Source: an uncultured Spirochaetota bacterium (lineage in GTDB: Bacteria > Spirochaetota > Spirochaetia > SZUA-6 > Fen-1364). From it: a stretch of DNA of 64,000 nucleotides. The notes under the pieces are model-generated. The model was not told the origin of the DNA. It worked only from the letters and a program-made list of their open reading frames with translations, and searched no databases. A program made the translations under genes and the position numbers. Numbering within the stretch: the stretch's first letter is position 1; every line of letters begins with the position of its first letter. Shown here one piece after another: positions 54,747 to 64,000 of this stretch. The stretch covers positions 352,001 to 416,000 of the forward strand of contig CAWGAA010000001.1 in the NCBI GenBank assembly GCA_963820525.1, written 5' to 3'.

Positions 54747-57605
54747 TCAGCGCATGTCGCGCTCGACAGCCAGCATCAACGCCCACGGGCTCTGCGGGTA
54801 GTCTTTCTTCAGCCGCGCTTCGGCGATCCTCGCCTTGCCGAAATCTCCGTTCAGCCTGGCCACGCGCGCCGCATTGGCCAATCCTTCAGCGGCCAGGTCG
54901 GGGAAACTGCGGAAGATCGCGGCGGTCCCGGCGAACATCTCCACGGCCGCTTCCGAGTCTCCCGCGCTTTCCAGGGCCCGGGCAAGCTCGAGGCGGGCCT
55001 GCGCGCCGATCCTGTCGGTTCGCGCCTCCCGCAGGCCCTGGAGGATCTCCCTGGCCTTGTCCAACTCGCCCTGCAGCGTGTAGCACCTCGCCATGAGCAG
55101 AACGGCTTCACCGGCAAGGGGCTCGGGGAGCTGCCGCCCGGAGGCTTCCTTTATCAGCTCGATTGCCTCTTCGGGGCTCCGGGTGATGAGCAGCCTCGCG
55201 TAATCCAGCTCGATTGCGCTCCGGAGCTCGGGTCTCAGGCCGGAATCATCTCTGGCTGCCTCGAGGAGCCCGCGGGCAGCATCGGGGGTTCCGGCCGCCG
55301 TGAGCGCTCTTTCCATCCCTTCGAGGGCGGGATAAAAAAAGGCGCCTCTCGTGTATCGCACCAGGCAACTCCAGAAGAGGAGCGCCGATGCCGAAGCGTT
55401 TCCCGCTTCCAGCTCGGCGTCGGCGGCGCGGTAGAGCGCCTGCTCGGCCAGGGGGTGAGAGGGAAAATCTCGGGAAATCCGCTTGAAACCTTCCACCCCT
55501 TCGCTCAGCCGACCCTGCTCGACCGCCTGTTCCGCCTTCTTGAAAAAGGCCTCGGCCGCGAGCTTTCCGTCGGGAAACTCCGACGCGAGGTCCTCGAACA
55601 CGGCATCGCTCTGCTGGCTCTTGCCCAGCCGGGCAAGAGCCCAGCCTTTCTCGAAAAGCGCCTTTTCCCGCATCTCGCGCGCGGCAGGCCCCGATGCCAG
55701 CGCCAGCGCCCGGTCAAGGATCTCTACGGCGCCTGCATCGTCAGCGAGCTGGGCCGAGCAGAACGAGGCGCGAAGAAGGGATTCGGCGGCTGATGGATCC
55801 TCCGGATGCCTATCCCCGACCAAGAGGAATGACCGGCGCGCGTCCGCCGGCTTTCCCATGCGGAACTGACTCCAGGCAAGCCAGTACAAGGCTTGCGCGG
55901 AACCGCCCTCTTCCGACGGCTCGCCGGCCGCTTCCTGGAAACAAATCGCCGCTTGCGGATACCTCTCCAGTCTGTAGAGGGCACGGCCGGCATACAGGAT
56001 CACCCCTTGTCTTTCGGCCCCTTTCGGAAGGTCAGGAAGGAGGGAATCGAAGCCGGAAAGAGCAAGGGCATAGGCTCCCAGGTTGAACCTGCACACCCCC
56101 ATCGCCAGCCTGCTCCGCAGGGCGAGGTCACGTGATGCAGAGGAGTCCAGCGCGGCCTGAAAAAAGGAAATGGCCCTGGAGAACTCGCTTCTGGCCGAGT
56201 ACACCGCGCCGATGTCATAGGCGCTCTGCCCCGCGAACTCGGACCTGGGGAAATCGCTTCGTATCCTCTGGAAATCGTCGAGAGCCGCCGGCTCGTCTCC
56301 CATCCTCAGGGAGGCCAGCCCTCTCCTGTAGATGCGCTCGGGAGTCTTCCGCGAGGCGGGAAACTCTCGCACCAGGCGGTCCCACCACGCGAAGGAACGA
56401 GGGAAATCATCCCGCTGCCATGACATTTCGCCGAGAAGCTCCAGCGCCTGCTCTGCGAACGGGCTGTCCTTGAAATCGGAAACAAAGCTCTCAAGTCCGA
56501 GCTCAGCCTCTCCCCGCCGGCCGAGCTCGAAAAGCGCTCGCGCCAGCCGGAACCGGCTCTGCTCCGTCACTTTCAAGGATGGGCCGAGCGATGCCTTCTC
56601 GAGAAAATCAACCGCTTCCTCCAGCTTTCCCATCATGGAGAGCGCTATTCCCGCATCCATGCAGGTCTCCTGCCTGCCCGTCCCTTCGGGAAGCTCTTCC
56701 AACGCGCGGGTGTAAACGGCCAGAGCGCCGCCGAAGTCCTTTCCTTCAAGAAGAATGTCCCCGAGGAGGCACAGCGCGCTGCCGATTAGCTCCCCATTCG
56801 CGGCCTCCTTCAAGAGATCCTCCAGAGCCGAAACCGCTTCCGCTTTTCTGCCCTGCCTCCACAGGATCTCTGCGATGCGGTATCGACTGAAAGCGATGCG
56901 CGGTGAGTCCGGATAGAGCGAGAGGAGCGTCCGAAAGCGCCTCTCCGCTTCCGGGAGCCTGCCCAGGGCGAGCTCGCTTTCTGCAAGGAAGAACTGGGAT
57001 TCGCTTGAGAAGCCGGACGAGGGAAAATCGATGAGGAGCTTGCCGTAAAGGTCTCGGGCCGCCGTGAAGCTTCCCCCGCGAAACGAGACTCCGGCAAGGC
57101 GGAACGCCGCTTCGGCCGCGATGGCGAAAGGCGCGCGCCGCGCAAGGATTTCCCGGTAGGCGGCCTCGGCCTCGCCGCTTCTACCCAGCTCTTCCAAGGC
57201 TGCGCCGGCCAGGAGCAATGAATGCGCGGCCATGAACTGGTCCGCGCCTGAGGAATCCCCCGCTACACGCAGATACCCCAGGGCTATCTCGTAGTCCTTC
57301 AGCTTCAGGGCGCAGGCTCCAATCCAATATGAAAGCCGCGCGCGCAGGGGAGATCCTGGATAGCCCGTGGCGAAATCCTGAAATGCTTCAAGGGCCGGGC
57401 GATACTGAGCGCTGGAGAACAGGGACACGGCGGATTGGAAAGCCTTTGCATCACCCCGGGAGTCGGCGCCCAGAATGCTCGCATTGAGGATGATGAGAAT
57501 GGAGAGGGCCGCGCGAGAGCATCGACACGGGCGCGCTGTCGAGCCGCCGCCGTGGCGGCGTTCCGGGATGCTCCGCGCTGTCGAGCCGCCGCCGTGGCGG
57601 CTCAT
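54747..57605 (-). CDS. Large exported TPR-repeat protein (CpoB/BamD-like TPRs)
   Basis: Many A...F...YP.S..A.....G repeats; hydrophobic N-terminal segment; ATG overlaps the clpC stop. Confidence 0.85.
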   Translation of the reverse strand: MSRHGGGSTARSIPERRHGGGSTARPCRCSRAALSILIILNASILGADSRGDAKAFQSAVSLFSSAQYRPALEAFQDFATGYPGSPLRARLSYWIGACALKLKDYEIALGYLRVAGDSSGADQFMAAHSLLLAGAALEELGRSGEAEAAYREILARRAPFAIAAEAAFRLAGVSFRGGSFTAARDLYGKLLIDFPSSGFSSESQFFLAESELALGRLPEAERRFRTLLSLYPDSPRIAFSRYRIAEILWRQGRKAEAVSALEDLLKEAANGELIGSALCLLGDILLEGKDFGGALAVYTRALEELPEGTGRQETCMDAGIALSMMGKLEEAVDFLEKASLGPSLKVTEQSRFRLARALFELGRRGEAELGLESFVSDFKDSPFAEQALELLGEMSWQRDDFPRSFAWWDRLVREFPASRKTPERIYRRGLASLRMGDEPAALDDFQRIRSDFPRSEFAGQSAYDIGAVYSARSEFSRAISFFQAALDSSASRDLALRSRLAMGVCRFNLGAYALALSGFDSLLPDLPKGAERQGVILYAGRALYRLERYPQAAICFQEAAGEPSEEGGSAQALYWLAWSQFRMGKPADARRSFLLVGDRHPEDPSAAESLLRASFCSAQLADDAGAVEILDRALALASGPAAREMREKALFEKGWALARLGKSQQSDAVFEDLASEFPDGKLAAEAFFKKAEQAVEQGRLSEGVEGFKRISRDFPSHPLAEQALYRAADAELEAGNASASALLFWSCLVRYTRGAFFYPALEGMERALTAAGTPDAARGLLEAARDDSGLRPELRSAIELDYARLLITRSPEEAIELIKEASGRQLPEPLAGEAVLLMARCYTLQGELDKAREILQGLREARTDRIGAQARLELARALESAGDSEAAVEMFAGTAAIFRSFPDLAAEGLANAARVARLNGDFGKARIAEARLKKDYPQSPWALMLAVERDMR
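57532..57601. repeat. Two exact 28-bp direct repeats (period 42 bp), each with an internal hairpin
   Basis: CGCGCTGTCGAGCCGCCGCCGTGGCGGC at 57532-57559 and 57574-57601. Confidence 0.9.
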
Positions 57606-60184
57606 GTGGGGATTTTTTCCCTCGGTGGAAGCCCCGGCGTGTCCGATGCGGCTCCTCCGAGCTCCGCTTGAGAATCGGATGGGGCCTTTTCCTTGGCGGG
57701 GAGGAGCTCGCGGTCTTTTGCGCGTCCCTCCTTCTCCTGCTGCTGGCGGAACACGATCTTGTCCGCGCGCACGTCGACATCGATGACGTCGCCGGACTTG
57801 AAGCGCCCCTTGAGGATCTCCATGGAGAGTGGGTCCTCAACCTCTTTCTGCAAGAGCCGTCGCAGGGGCCGGGCGCCGTATTTCTCGTCGAAGCCCTTAT
57901 CGATGAGGAACTCCTTGGCCTTCTTCTTGATGGCGATGCTGATCTTTTGCTCGGTGAGCCGTCCCGAGATCTCGTTCACCATGAGGTCGAAGACCTGCGC
58001 GAGGTGGCCCTTGTCCAGGTTATGGAACACGACGATCTCGTCGATGCGGTTGATGAACTCGGGGTTGAATGTGCGCTTGACCTCCGCCAGCACGAAGCTC
58101 TTGATGTCTTTGAAGTTCATCCCGCCTTCCTCGGACTGGAAGCCGAGGGTCGAGTCCTTGTTGATGTCCCGCGCGCCCAGGTTGGAGGTCATGATGAGCA
58201 CCGAGTTCCTGAAGGACACGGCATGGCCGAGGTTGTCGGAGAGCTGGCCTTCTTCCAGGACTTGAAGGAGGATGTTGAACACGTCGGGGTGCGCCTTCTC
58301 GATCTCGTCCAGCAGGATCACGCTGAAGGGCCGCCTCCTGATCTTTTCGGTGAGAAGCCCTCCCTCCTCGTAGCCCACGTACCCCGGGGGCGCGCCCACC
58401 AGGCGCGACACGTTGTGCTTCTCCATGAAGTCGGACATGTCGATGCGCACCAGGGCGTCCTCGTCGCCGAAGAGGAACTGTGCGAGGGTCTTGGCTACCA
58501 GGGTCTTCCCGACGCCGGTGGGGCCGAGGAACACGAACGAGCCAAGCGGCCTCTTGGCCGAGGAGAGGCCCGTACGGGATCGGCGGATGGCGGAGGCGAT
58601 AACGGTAATGGCCTCGTCCTGCCCAATCACCTTCTTGTGCAGCTCCTCCTCGATGTGGAGCAGTTTCTCGCTTTCGCTCTGGGCGATGCGTGAGAGCGGG
58701 ATGCCCGTCATGTCGGAGATCACCTGCTGGATATCTTCGGTATCCACCACGTTCTCCTCGTATGCGATGGTGCTTTCCCAGCTCTTCTTGATCTCGTCCA
58801 CCTTGCCCTTGAGCTGGCGCACGGTGTCTCGAACCGCGGCCGCCTTCTCGTAGTTCTGCGTGTTGACGAGCGTTGCCTTCTCCGCGTTGAGCTTGTCGAT
58901 CTCCTTTTCCAGGTCCGCGAGCTCCTTGGGCCGAATGGAGTTTTTGATGCGCTTGCGCGAGCCCGACTCATCGATCAGGTCAATGGCCTTGTCGGGCAGA
59001 TAGCGTTCGGTGATGTAGCGCCTCGAGAGCGTGGAGGCCGCCTCCAGGGAGGCGGGTGTATAGGTGACGTGGTGGTGATCCTCGTAGTTCTTCTTGATCC
59101 CCCGGAGGATCTCCACCGTCTCCTCGACGCTGGGCTCGCGCACGTAGATGGGTTGGAACCTGCGCTCCAGCGCCGCGTCCTTCTCGATGTGCTTCTTGTA
59201 CTCATTGAGTGTGGTGGCTCCGATGCACTGAAGCTCCCCGCGCGACAAGGACGGCTTCAGCATGTTGGAGGCATCGATCGCCCCCTCGGCCCCTCCGGCC
59301 CCGATGATGGTGTGAAGCTCGTCTATGAACAGGATCACGTTCCCTGCTGAGAGGATCTCCTTCATGACGCGTTTCAAGCGCTCCTCAAACTCTCCACGAT
59401 ACTTGGTCCCGGCCACAAGCGAGGCCAGGTCCAGGGTGAGGACGCGCTTTCCGATGAGCACCTCGGGCACCGTTCCGTCCACGATCTTCTGGGCCAGTCC
59501 CTCGACGATGGCGGTCTTGCCGACTCCCGGCTCTCCGATGAGCACCGGGTTGTTCTTTGTCCTGCGGGCGAGGATCTGGATGACGCGCTGGATCTCCTTC
59601 TCCCGGCCGATCACGGGATCCAGCTTCCCGTCCCGGGCAAAGGCGGTGAGGTCCCTGCCGAACTCGTCGAGGGTCGGCGTCGGCTTCTTGGGGGGAGATT
59701 GCGCCTTCTTCTTGGCGCCCTGCCCCGAGATCTGCCGCGGGTCCCCCGCGCCGCTGATCTGCATGATCGCATCCCGCAGCCCGCTCGCGTTGATGCTGTA
59801 CTTCGAGAGGTAGCGAGAAACGATGCTTCCCTGCTCTTTTATCGATGCCAGGAGCAGGTGCTCGGTTCCGATGTACTCGTGGCCCATGTTCCTGGCTTCT
59901 TCAGCGGAATCCTCCAGGATCTTCTGTCCCCTTTTCGACGGGGGGACGTCACCGAGGATAAGGCCTCCCTTGCCCTTGGGCAGGCTCTTCTCGATCTCCA
60001 CCTGCATCTCGGGAATGCTCACCTTCAGCCTCTGGAGAGCCTTGACGGCGACCCCCTCTCCGTCCTTCAACAGGGCAAGGATGATGTGCTCGGGAAGGAG
60101 CTGGTCCGAGTGGAACCTCTTGGCCTCTTCCTGGGCGAGTATCGTCAGCACCTTCTGTGCTCTCTGCGTGAGTCCCTTAAACAT
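57602..60184 (-). CDS. clpC: ATP-dependent Clp protease ATP-binding subunit ClpC
   Basis: Clp_N repeats, GEPGVGKT, short UVR-type M domain, [24 protein letters not shown]. Confidence 0.96.
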   Translation of the reverse strand: MFKGLTQRAQKVLTILAQEEAKRFHSDQLLPEHIILALLKDGEGVAVKALQRLKVSIPEMQVEIEKSLPKGKGGLILGDVPPSKRGQKILEDSAEEARNMGHEYIGTEHLLLASIKEQGSIVSRYLSKYSINASGLRDAIMQISGAGDPRQISGQGAKKKAQSPPKKPTPTLDEFGRDLTAFARDGKLDPVIGREKEIQRVIQILARRTKNNPVLIGEPGVGKTAIVEGLAQKIVDGTVPEVLIGKRVLTLDLASLVAGTKYRGEFEERLKRVMKEILSAGNVILFIDELHTIIGAGGAEGAIDASNMLKPSLSRGELQCIGATTLNEYKKHIEKDAALERRFQPIYVREPSVEETVEILRGIKKNYEDHHHVTYTPASLEAASTLSRRYITERYLPDKAIDLIDESGSRKRIKNSIRPKELADLEKEIDKLNAEKATLVNTQNYEKAAAVRDTVRQLKGKVDEIKKSWESTIAYEENVVDTEDIQQVISDMTGIPLSRIAQSESEKLLHIEEELHKKVIGQDEAITVIASAIRRSRTGLSSAKRPLGSFVFLGPTGVGKTLVAKTLAQFLFGDEDALVRIDMSDFMEKHNVSRLVGAPPGYVGYEEGGLLTEKIRRRPFSVILLDEIEKAHPDVFNILLQVLEEGQLSDNLGHAVSFRNSVLIMTSNLGARDINKDSTLGFQSEEGGMNFKDIKSFVLAEVKRTFNPEFINRIDEIVVFHNLDKGHLAQVFDLMVNEISGRLTEQKISIAIKKKAKEFLIDKGFDEKYGARPLRRLLQKEVEDPLSMEILKGRFKSGDVIDVDVRADKIVFRQQQEKEGRAKDRELLPAKEKAPSDSQAELGGAASDTPGLPPREKIPT

Positions 60185-61259
60185 GGCCGTGACCCTCCCG
60201 TCTTCCGACCGTCAGCGTTTCCCTGATCAACTTGGCCCGCGTATAGTCGATGAGCTTCCCGTCGATGGTGTCGTGCTGCGCTTGCAGCAGTTTCTGGATA
60301 TGAGACTTCTGGGAAAGGAAGAGCAGCGCGGTGATGGTCGGGTTGTCCGAGGCGTCGATGAGCCCCAGGCAGACCCCCAGCTTCAGCGACGAGAGGTTCT
60401 CAACGGCCTCGCGCACCGAAATGTAGCGGCAATGGGTCAAGAGCCCCAGAGCGCGGAATACCCTGTCTTCGATGTCCACCCTTCTCTTTTCCATCAGCTC
60501 TTCCCGCGTCTTGTTCTCGAATCCGATGAGCTGGGTCGCGATCCTTCCCAGATTCCCGATGATCTCCTTCTCCGAGAGGCCGATCGTCACCTCATTGGCC
60601 ACGATATACATGTCTCCCAGGGAATCGACGCTTTCGCTGTAGAATCCCCTGATGGAGAGTCCCAACTGGGCCGAGGCCTTTACCGCTCTCTTGATCAGCC
60701 CGCCCATCGCGAGGGCCGGAAGGTGGAGCATCATCGAGGCCTTCAACCCCGTTCCGAGATTCGTGATCGCGGTGTTCAGGTATCCCCACTCCTGCGATAC
60801 CGCATACCCGAGAAACTGCTCCAGCACGGAGTCCAGGGAGTCTATCCGCTGATAGATCTCCTCCAGGCAGGAGCCGGTCTGCATTCCCGTCAGGCGGAGA
60901 TGGTCCTCGTCCGCAATGATGGCCGAGACGCTCTCGTTCTCCCCCAGAACAATCGCCTTGTTCTTCTCGAGGGAGTATCCCTGGGATATGATATTCCTCT
61001 CGAAGAGTATCCGTCTTTCCAGCGGGGTGAGATCGTCAAGGTAGAGTATCGTAAAATTGCCGCCCTTCGGCAATCTCTGGAAGGCGCTGAGGATTTCGGA
61101 ACGAACCTCGCTTTCCTCCTCGGGAGTGCATGTCCCCGGGTAGGCGTGTGCGGCGAGGTTTCGCGACAGGCGGATCCGGCTGGAGATCACGACCCTGTCC
61201 TCGGGTCCGTTCTTGAGCGTCCAGCCCGGCGCGTCCTTCAAGCCCGTGAAATCAAACAT
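60177..61259 (-). CDS. mcsB: Protein-arginine kinase McsB homologue (degenerate active site)
   Basis: [33 protein letters not shown]; located between mcsA and clpC. Confidence 0.88.
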   Translation of the reverse strand: MFDFTGLKDAPGWTLKNGPEDRVVISSRIRLSRNLAAHAYPGTCTPEEESEVRSEILSAFQRLPKGGNFTILYLDDLTPLERRILFERNIISQGYSLEKNKAIVLGENESVSAIIADEDHLRLTGMQTGSCLEEIYQRIDSLDSVLEQFLGYAVSQEWGYLNTAITNLGTGLKASMMLHLPALAMGGLIKRAVKASAQLGLSIRGFYSESVDSLGDMYIVANEVTIGLSEKEIIGNLGRIATQLIGFENKTREELMEKRRVDIEDRVFRALGLLTHCRYISVREAVENLSSLKLGVCLGLIDASDNPTITALLFLSQKSHIQKLLQAQHDTIDGKLIDYTRAKLIRETLTVGRREGHGHV

Positions 61260-61746
61260 CGCTGTCAAGCTCCCGGATCTTGTCCCGCAGGAGTGCCGCC
61301 GCCTCGTAGTCCTCCCGCTCGATGGCCTCCCGCAGCTCGATGGCGAGCGTTTCCCGATCCGGACCCTCCGGGACGGGAACCGCTTCGCTTCGCGGCAGCT
61401 TCCCCATGTGGTGGGTCCTTCCCGTCATCTGGGAAAGGATGGACCGCACGTCCTTCTGGAACGTGTGGAAGCATTCGGCGCAGCCGAACTTGCCCCGCTT
61501 TCTGAAATCCTCCGGCTTCATGCCGCAGCGGGGGCACGCCTCGCCCGGCTCTTCAGTCCCAGAGATGTCCTTGTTGTCGATGAGGCCCGACAGGAGGTTG
61601 GAAATGGAGATTTCGGACTCTTCCTCCTTTATCAGGCCCTTCTCCTGGGCGCATTCCTCGCAGATATGGAGCTCGTTCACGCTCGATTTCTGGATCTGAC
61701 GGATATGAATGACGGCATCGCGGAGGCCGCAGATTTCGCATTTCAT
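61252..61746 (-). CDS. mcsA: McsA activator (CxxC Zn motifs + UVR domain)
   Basis: CEIC, CEEC, CPRC, GCAEC; AIEREDYEAAALLRDKI. Confidence 0.93.
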   Translation of the reverse strand: MKCEICGLRDAVIHIRQIQKSSVNELHICEECAQEKGLIKEEESEISISNLLSGLIDNKDISGTEEPGEACPRCGMKPEDFRKRGKFGCAECFHTFQKDVRSILSQMTGRTHHMGKLPRSEAVPVPEGPDRETLAIELREAIEREDYEAAALLRDKIRELDSDV

Positions 61747-61820
61747 GGTAGGAATAATATAGCACGAAACGAAGGGGCGAATCTATGCGGCGACAGCGGC
61801 GATGCGCCGCTCCTTGCACT

Positions 61821-63125
61821 TTACACCTTTCGGATGATCTCCAGAGGCCGTGCCCTGGCTGCCCGAGCCGCCGGCAGATAGGAGGCGATGCCTGAAAGGA
61901 CAAGGGTCCCGACTGCCGCCATGCAAACCTCGATCCAGCGGATCCGGATCGGGATGGAGGAAAGGTAGTACGAGCTGTTGAAGATGGTCACGGCTTCCAC
62001 CTGCGGCGCCGAGGGAATAAGAGCGGATCGGGCGAGGGAAAAGAGACGGAGCACGGCATTCGCGATCGCCTGGAGTCCGGTAATGATCTGATTTATGTTG
62101 ACGGCTGCGGCGAGCCCCAGGGAAATGCCGAGCGCGGTTCCCAGCAGGCCCGTGACGAAGCCGGCCAGGAGAAAGGAGATGGAAAGGCTTGCCGGCCGCG
62201 CGCCGACACTCTTGAGAATTCCGATATCCAGCCGCCTCTCGAACGCGATCATGATCACGGCGGATGACACGTTGACCCCGGCCACGAGCACGATGAGGGC
62301 CATGATGAAGAGGAGGAGCGCCTTGGTGGTCTGGAAGGATTTCAGCCTCGCGTACTCGAGCTCGCTCCACGTCGAGATGCGCCCCAGATCGTGGAGCCGG
62401 CCGCGGATGGCGCGGATGGCGGGAGACAGATCCCCGAAGGGATCGCTCACCTTGACTCCGATAAGGCTCGCCGAGGCGCGCGGGGAAAGAATCGACCAGG
62501 AGGCTTCCAGGGGGGCGTAGGCATAGAGCTTCTCCAGCTCCTGGTATCCTGTCTGGAAAATGCCTCCCACTCTCATTGGCGTGACCTTGGGAGGCCCCCT
62601 GCCTTCTTCGCCGTACGGGGTGAGCAGGATGACGCGGTCCCCCGCATTGACGCCGATGCTTTCCGCCAGAGACTGCCCGAGGAGAATGGCGGCGGGGTCA
62701 GTGAGGGACGAGGAGCCCGCCGTGAGCTTCACGAAACCGCGCAGTCCGGCGTCCCGGGAGAAAAGATCCGGCGGGACGAAGCGGACGGTCACGCCGGCGG
62801 ACCTGCCCCGCGCGAACAGGAGCCCCAGGCCTTGTCTTTCGGGGATCACGTCCACGGCCGCTCCGCTTCCCTCGATGGCCCGCGCTGCGCGGTCCATCGA
62901 CTCGGCCGTCACCGTGGTAGGAAGAGAGACCTGGAGGTGGTAGGTTCCGATCTCGATGAGCCGCGCCGTTATCCCCTCGATCATCCCCGTGGAGACTTCC
63001 ATCACCACGACGAGCGGAACCAGGCTGAGTGCGATCCCGAGGACCGAGCCCCGGAGGTAGCGGGCGGTCCCGCCCTTCCCCCGCAGGAGGCGCAATCCCA
63101 GGTTCAACGCGAACGCTCCCCTCAT
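61821..63125 (-). CDS. LolC/E-family (MacB/FtsX) ABC permease
   Basis: GIALSLVPLVVV, GIFQTG, DIGILKSVGA, YYLSSIP, PLEIIR. Confidence 0.85.
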   Translation of the reverse strand: MRGAFALNLGLRLLRGKGGTARYLRGSVLGIALSLVPLVVVMEVSTGMIEGITARLIEIGTYHLQVSLPTTVTAESMDRAARAIEGSGAAVDVIPERQGLGLLFARGRSAGVTVRFVPPDLFSRDAGLRGFVKLTAGSSSLTDPAAILLGQSLAESIGVNAGDRVILLTPYGEEGRGPPKVTPMRVGGIFQTGYQELEKLYAYAPLEASWSILSPRASASLIGVKVSDPFGDLSPAIRAIRGRLHDLGRISTWSELEYARLKSFQTTKALLLFIMALIVLVAGVNVSSAVIMIAFERRLDIGILKSVGARPASLSISFLLAGFVTGLLGTALGISLGLAAAVNINQIITGLQAIANAVLRLFSLARSALIPSAPQVEAVTIFNSSYYLSSIPIRIRWIEVCMAAVGTLVLSGIASYLPAARAARARPLEIIRKV

Positions 63126-63808
63126 GAACCGACCAGCTCCCCGCCGGCAAGCTCGAAATGCCTTCCCGCCTTTTCGGCCAGGGCTCGGTCGTGAGTGACG
63201 AGGATCATGGTCCTTCCATGCTTCTCCACGAGCTCGAAGAGCATGTCGCGCACAACGCGCGCGTTCCTCTCGTCGAGGTTGCCCGTCGGCTCGTCCGCGA
63301 GGATCAAGAGCGGCTCGTTCATGAGCGCCCGGGCAACGGCGACCCTCTGCCGCTCGCCTCCCGAGAGCTCTTGAGGAAACGCATCCTTTCTGCGCGAAAG
63401 CCCCACTTCCTCCAGGAGCTTTTCACCCCGCTCGCGGAGGCTTCGAAGCGAAGCGCCGCCCACCATGGAGGGAATGACGACATTTTCCAGCGCCGTGAAA
63501 TCCTTCAACAAGAAATGGAACTGGAAGATGAAGCCGACGTACCTGTTTCGATACCGGCTGAGCTCCTCCTCCGGCATGGCGCCGATCTCCATGTCCGCCA
63601 CGGTGATCTGCCCAGCGCTCGGGAAATCGAGGCCGCCGATGAGATTCAGCAGGGTGCTCTTCCCGCAGCCGCTCTCCCCCGTGACCGCAACGATGGAGCC
63701 CCTCTCGACCTCGAGGTTGACATCCGTGAGCACCTCGATCCGCTCCGCCTCCGTCTCGTATGCCTTTGCCAGCGAGCGCACCGTGAGCAGACTCCCCTGT
63801 TCATTCAT
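63122..63808 (-). CDS. lolD: LolD-like ABC ATPase
   Basis: GESGCGKST, GFIFQFHFLL, LSGGERQRVAVAR, ADEPTGNLD; flanked by two LolC/E permeases. Confidence 0.85.
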   Translation of the reverse strand: MNEQGSLLTVRSLAKAYETEAERIEVLTDVNLEVERGSIVAVTGESGCGKSTLLNLIGGLDFPSAGQITVADMEIGAMPEEELSRYRNRYVGFIFQFHFLLKDFTALENVVIPSMVGGASLRSLRERGEKLLEEVGLSRRKDAFPQELSGGERQRVAVARALMNEPLLILADEPTGNLDERNARVVRDMLFELVEKHGRTMILVTHDRALAEKAGRHFELAGGELVGS

Positions 63809-64000
63809 AGCGAAGGATCTCCGCGGGCCGGAAAGCGGCCACAGTCCGTGAGGCTCCATAAGCGGCGGCGACTGATGCCAGGGTCGCGAAGAACGCGACG
63901 AGAAAAGCCTCCGGCAGGAGCACGCGGGAAGGAACCTCGGTGAGGTAGAAGTACAGCGGCGAGAATATGGCGAAGCCCTCGGAGCCGCCGGCGGGACGGA
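63801..64000 (-). CDS. 3' end of a LolC/E-family permease (partial)
   Basis: Manual translation FAIFSPLYFYLTEVPSRV...FRPAEILRYE*, stop at 63801-63803. Confidence 0.85.
   Translation of the reverse strand, partial: RPAGGSEGFAIFSPLYFYLTEVPSRVLLPEAFLVAFFATLASVAAAYGASRTVAAFRPAEILRYE

Noticed and set aside
57532..57601. Possible mini-CRISPR array
   Set aside because: Only two repeats, a 14-bp spacer, in frame within a CDS, and no cas genes
61747..61820. CtsR box or CIRCE upstream of mcsA
   Set aside because: No GTCAAA heptad repeats or TTAGCACTC-N9-GAGTGCTAA seen

Overview
High-GC bacterial chromosomal window, most likely from a Spirochaetota genome; this is inferred from the bS21 sequence, the RecJ insertion, mcsA-mcsB-clpC without ctsR, and Maf-like genes. 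It holds about 55 densely packed genes, many translationally coupled by ATGA overlaps. Housekeeping genes include uvrB, htrA, comM/yifB, rnhA, rpsU, recJ, pdp, thpR, recO, lon, tsaC-like, rnz, epmA-efp, clpC-mcsB-mcsA and lolCDE-like genes. There are also two convergent CAU tRNAs (elongator Met and fMet) sharing one terminator, a polar amino-acid ABC transporter, a GldAFG/DUF4340 ABC cluster, and a liv-type ABC operon with two homopolymer frameshifts. No integrase, transposase, prophage, rRNA or CRISPR array was seen. The best candidate for an undescribed system is at 9894-13930: two coupled, paralogous class III nucleotidyl-cyclase-like genes with complementary catalytic residues, like the C1/C2 halves of eukaryotic cyclases, followed by a PDZ-multi-TM 'histidine kinase' that lacks its phospho-His. 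Other notable signals are a caspase-fold lipoprotein coupled to a probable beta-barrel gene, rpsU apparently starting at AUA behind a very strong SD, an acidic scaffold-like protein operon, and degenerate McsB and LeuA homologues. All calls come from reading motifs by eye; no database searches were run.
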